Origin: Amoebidium appalachense
Taxonomy: Eukaryota > Protista > Ichthyosporea
DNA length: 64,000 nt
NCBI GenBank assembly: GCA_963693365.1
Contig: CAVNZM010000012.1
Span: forward strand, 9,118,001-9,182,000
Direction of reading: 5' to 3'
A program made the position numbers and the translations under genes. Below are positions 59,443-64,000 of this stretch, piece by piece. Below the pieces are notes generated by a model, which did not search any database, was not told the DNA's origin, and saw nothing but the letters and a program-made list of their open reading frames with translations. How positions within the stretch are numbered: the first letter of the stretch is position 1; every line of letters begins with the position of its first letter.

Positions 59443-59672
59443 TCCCCCCCTCCGCCCCCGTCCCCCCCCTCCCCCCCCCTCCCCCCCCCCCCCCCCCCCC
59501 CCCCCCCACCCATCCGATCTTCCACTTCCCACCTTCATTATCAACCCCTCCCACACACACAATGTAAGCACACCTAACGAACACACAAAGAGATGCACAC
59601 ACACAACCCCACGCACACACCTACAAGCTCACAACATCACAGACATGCGAACGCACGTGCACGCACACACAC

Positions 59673-59742
<70 letters not shown>

Positions 59743-59997
59743 GTGCATATTCACACGCGCGAATACACACGCACACCCCTGTCCCCACCACCACATATTC
59801 TCTACCCTTCCTTCCTCCTATTCCAGGCTTTCTCTTGGACCACAATGGTTTACCTTGTCAATTGTCCTTCCCCATAACACTTCCCCCCTCCTTCCCCTCC
59901 TCCCGCACCCACCGGCACCCCCCTGGTCATCTTTACCCTTTCCTTCTATCCTTCCTTACTGCAAACTGGTTAAATAGGGGGCTGGATGTGTGTGCGT

Positions 59998-60028
<31 letters not shown>

Positions 60029-61009
60029 GAAGGGGGGAGGGGTCGAGGAGCAGAAAACAGGAGGAAGGAAGTAGCCACCGATTTTCGAAGGTGATGACTG
60101 AGTGGTAAGCGCTGAAAAGCCATCTGGCTGTCTTATATACCGAGTCATGGTGGAGGCCTAAAGCTGAGATCTGATTGGCTGAAAAAAAATGAAGCTGCAG
60201 ACTGAATGGCCCGTTAGCACACCGGAACCTTCAAACTCAATCGCAATACGCATAATGGCAAATTTACTCTCAACGTTCAACTTCAACCCCCTCCTCCTCT
60301 TCCCCCTCCCCCCTTACCCCCTCCCCGCCGTCCACGCACCACCACCAGCCCCTCCCTCCCCTCCCTACCCCCTTCCCCCCCCCCCCCCCCCCCCCCTCCC
60401 CCCGGTATAGAGTGTACCCGCTCGAAACACACACAGACATGGAGGGAAAAGAGAAACAACATGCGATTGCCGGACTGGACCCTTAGTGGAAGTAAGATTG
60501 AGCCCCTCACTGTGACCCCTTTCGTGTTTCTGCATACAGTGTCACAGCTTGGTGCCACCCTCCCCTTCCCCCCCCCCCCCCCCCCCCCCCCCGGCCCCCC
60601 TCCCTTCCCCCCTCCCTCCTCCCCCCTTCCCAACCCCTCACCTCCTCAAGAAGGTAAAAGGCATCAAGAGCACACACGAGGGGTAGTATAACCTATGCAT
60701 TGTCCAATGTAGACCGTGTATTGGTACTTATATCGATCCCCAAAACGTACAATTAAGGACCCCCCCCCCCCCCCCCAAATAACCCTACCCTATCCTTACA
60801 GACCAGGTGCCACGTGAGGAAGTAGGATCGAAACCAACAGCAAATTGTCTCGTCAAAACTACAACTTAGCGTTTAAACTACAACTAACCGTTAAAACTTA
60901 GATAAGGAGGCTTGGACAAGAACAAGGAGAATTGTTTTGTCTACGAGGTGCCCAGCACCGATTTCTTAAGCTACACCTCAAACTATTAAAAGGAGCCAAT
61001 AGGAGGGCG

Positions 61010-62094
61010 CTATTGTAACATACACTGCTTCTTCGACCAATCAGCTACACATACTTGGCCCCCTAGACCCCAATCTCCACCCTCCCAGTCCTCATCCTCG
61101 TTCTCTTCACAGTCATAGGACCCCTCGTTGCTGTCATACCCTCCCTCTTCATCTTCATCGTCATCCTCATCCTCGTAGTATTCTTCTTCGTTCTCTTCAT
61201 CTTCGTTCACTTCATCCTCGTCATCCACCTGACTCTCGTCAACCAAGTGGTTGATTGGTTCGAGGTCGAGGTCTTCCAAATGTACCAGCCTCTCCTTGAA
61301 ATCAGAAAACTTCCAGTAGCCGGGGTCCCACCCGTGCAGCTTTAACCTCTTTAATTTCTGCAGCACGAACACCCCTTGGAAGTGTAACAGCTCTGATGCA
61401 TTGTCAATAACGAGGGTGGTGAGGTTTGTGGCCTCTGTGACTCCATCGAGGTTGTGCAGGCCGTACTTGCCCTGTGGTGGTTAAGGTCAGGACAGAACCG
61501 AACAGCAATCTAGATGTAGACTAGCTACTTGCACAACTACACATAGCCCTCTCCATTCCCTCGCCATCTCACCTCCCACTTCCCCAAAACCAGCACATTG
61601 AAAGTCAGTGAAGGAAAAGGAAACCACACTCCCCCCCCCCCAAAAAGAACCCACCCACACCCCAAGCCCAACAGCATCCCTCTCACCAGTCCCCACAACC
61701 AGTGCTCACGCCTAACACGAACTGTGTATCTTCCCCCCCCCCCCCCCCCCCCCCCCCCCGCCCTCCCCCCCTTCCCCCACTCACGAACACAACCACACAT
61801 GCTCACCCACCTACCCACCCAGACATACACACACGTGTTCCAAAACCCACACATGCACCACCATCACCACACTCACCCCACCCCCAACACCGAAGAAAAA
61901 TAATAATAATCAAAGCACACATGACACAAACACAAACCGAATGAATGCCCACGCAGACATACCCACACCCCACCCACGAAGCATCTCCCAAACACCCGTA
62001 CTCACCACACCCTCGATCACAGCACAAATACATGCCCACCCATACATCCCCTTCACCACCCCTCTTACTTTCACGCACACACAGGTACAGGCAC

Positions 62095-62147
<53 letters not shown>

Positions 62148-63422
62148 GCACGCACGCACGCACACACAGCACCCACGCACGCACGCACGCACGCACCCAC
62201 CTTCACGTGCAGATACCTCAGCTCCTTCATCTCTCTCCCCAACCGACCCAAACTGCATCTCTTTTTCGGCTCAATGACCAATCGAGTCACCCCGTCAATC
62301 CATGGATGGTAGTCAATGGGGTTTTTGCACTCAAGAATCTCCAGATCGGTGAGATTACATGACCAGGCGCAGATTTTGAAGAGTGATTTGGTGTTTGGCA
62401 TGAGCTCGGGGGGGAAACAGCCTGCATGAGGGGGATAGGGGGGAGCGAGGGAAGGAGAAGGAGGGGGGGGGGGGGGGGAGGAGGAGGAGGGGGTCAATGC
62501 GTTGGTTTTAACTTTGTCAACCATGACTGCTGGTGATGGTTGGGGGGGGGGGGGGGGGGGGGGGGAGGAGGGGAGAGGGGGGGAGGGGGGGGGGGGGTTT
62601 GAATGCGTCAAAAAGTACGAGGGGGGGAGTCTAATTGCTTTTGGGTGGATATAATTTTGGCTGATTTGATCCTAGAATTTGTTTTTGGGACCTAACGTCA
62701 TAAAGAAAAGGCAAGTAGAGTTGTAGCAGAATGGCAGCGCTGGTATGCCGGCCGGCGGAGGGGATGGGGAAGGGAGGTGGGGTGTGTGTGTGCATGTGTG
62801 TTGGGCGGGGAGGGGGGAGGGGGGTGGGATGAGGGAAGGGGCAGGCAGACAGAGCCAACAGCCAGTAGGGAAACAATGGAACACTTCCACACACACACAA
62901 ATACCCCATGTGCGCCTTTTCATCTCCACTCCCCCCCCCCCCCCCCCCCCTTCCCCCTCCCTCCCCCCGGCGCACCCACCCACACCCACACACACTCATA
63001 CCCCATGCATGCCTTTCATCCCCTATGCCGTCACCTCCCCCCCCCCCCCCCCCCCCCCTCCCTCACACAAACTCACGCAACGCGCATGGCCTCTCATTCC
63101 CATCATCCTCCCACACCCACCTGTCAGCTTTGCCGACCTCAGGTGTGGCATGTTCCACGTTGGTTGCAGAAATATGCCCCCCATTTCGATTCGGGTCAGC
63201 TGGCTATCCGGCCCGACCACAGCAGTTAGATCTGGACCTCGCCGGTTGCCATATATGGAAATCGACTGCAGGTGGTGGAGAGATCCGGTGGTTGCTAAGC
63301 CCAAAAGAGCAAATCGCATGCTGTGGATGTCCGATCCGAGGGTGATGGATAGGTGGGTGCATCCCGATCGGGCCGATACGGCACACAGATCGGTAACTTG
63401 GTCCGTGGCAGACACGATCCAA
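61010..63422 (-). CDS. LRR-like protein with Asp/Glu-rich C-terminal tail (last three exons; 5' part unresolved)
   Basis: Exons 63422-63121, 62421-62201, 61471-61010 with GT-AG ends and matching phases. LxxLxL repeats LHHLQSISI, MPHLRSAKL, LTDLEILE, MKELRYLHV, NLTTLVI, LQKLKRLKL, LVHLEDLDL; acidic tail. Confidence 0.72.
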
Positions 63423-63657
63423 CTGGGAGACAGAGGGTAGGGTGAGAATACAAGAATGTTTGATATACTCTGGTAAGAAAACATACGTGGCATCTACATG
63501 CACAGAAACACACCAATAGACCGACATACCGACACACCGACACACACACACACACACACACACACATGCATACACAGGCACACTACAACACACATATACA
63601 TTGGCACACACACACAAAGTCATCACCCAAGTACACACAACCGCACGCACCAGGATA

Positions 63658-63695
<38 letters not shown>

Positions 63696-64000
63696 GGCAC
63701 GCACACACTTAATCGACTGGCACGCAACCTGCTCTCACACACTTGGCGCCTTCGGCCAGACAGACACATGTGCACGCAGCACACATACATTCACACACCC
63801 ACACCCTTGTCCACACCCAAACCCGCACCCATGCCTATGCCCCTGAACTCACCCCATATGACCCCCCCCCCCCCCCCGGGAAGAAGAAAAAGAGGGAAAA
63901 AAAAAGACACAACGGTAGACATGCGTGCACACACGCACATGATTATGTGCCTCGATTCTTGCCTGCTCCAAACAACCCCCTTTTCCCTCACTCCCTTCTA

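Larger units (their letters stand above)
48890..61160. repeat. Degenerate tandem segmental duplication, three units (A ~48890-51110; B ~51110-58265 with LINE insertion; C ~58268-61160)
   Basis: Collinear blocks recur: AAATACGACAC, GAACCCTACGGCTGAAGAACC, CTCTGCCGGGC and GATTGGATCTGGGTCACA in all three units; ATGGCCCGTTAG, AACAACATGCGATT and AGCTACACCTCAAACTATTAA in B and C. Confidence 0.85.

Overview
Eukaryotic, intron-rich DNA full of long poly-C/poly-G runs and CA/GA microsatellites. Most predicted ORFs are artefacts of those repeats, and the taxon cannot be fixed from the sequence. Host genes I can support: a terminal exon encoding a Cys-rich VWC-like/mucin protein (+), a secreted S8 subtilisin with a Thr-rich tail (-, disrupted), a 5-exon C2/PRT_C MCTP-like gene (-) and an LRR-like acidic-tail gene (-, partial). 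Mobile DNA is dense. A complete Ty1/copia element (two 765-bp LTRs, identical by eye) sits in the subtilisin exon and carries a nested TRIM that shares its termini, PBS and PPT. There are also an RNase H-bearing LINE 3' end with a 15-bp TSD, five copies or fragments of an APE-RT LINE clade, a hAT MITE, a Tc1/mariner MITE and a degenerate tandem segmental duplication. Most notable: (1) the nested TRIM's LTRs are more diverged than those of the copia element containing it; (2) gag starts inside the LTR and reads through the PBS; (3) two near-identical LINE copies share about 195 nt after their A-tract. All alignments were done by eye.
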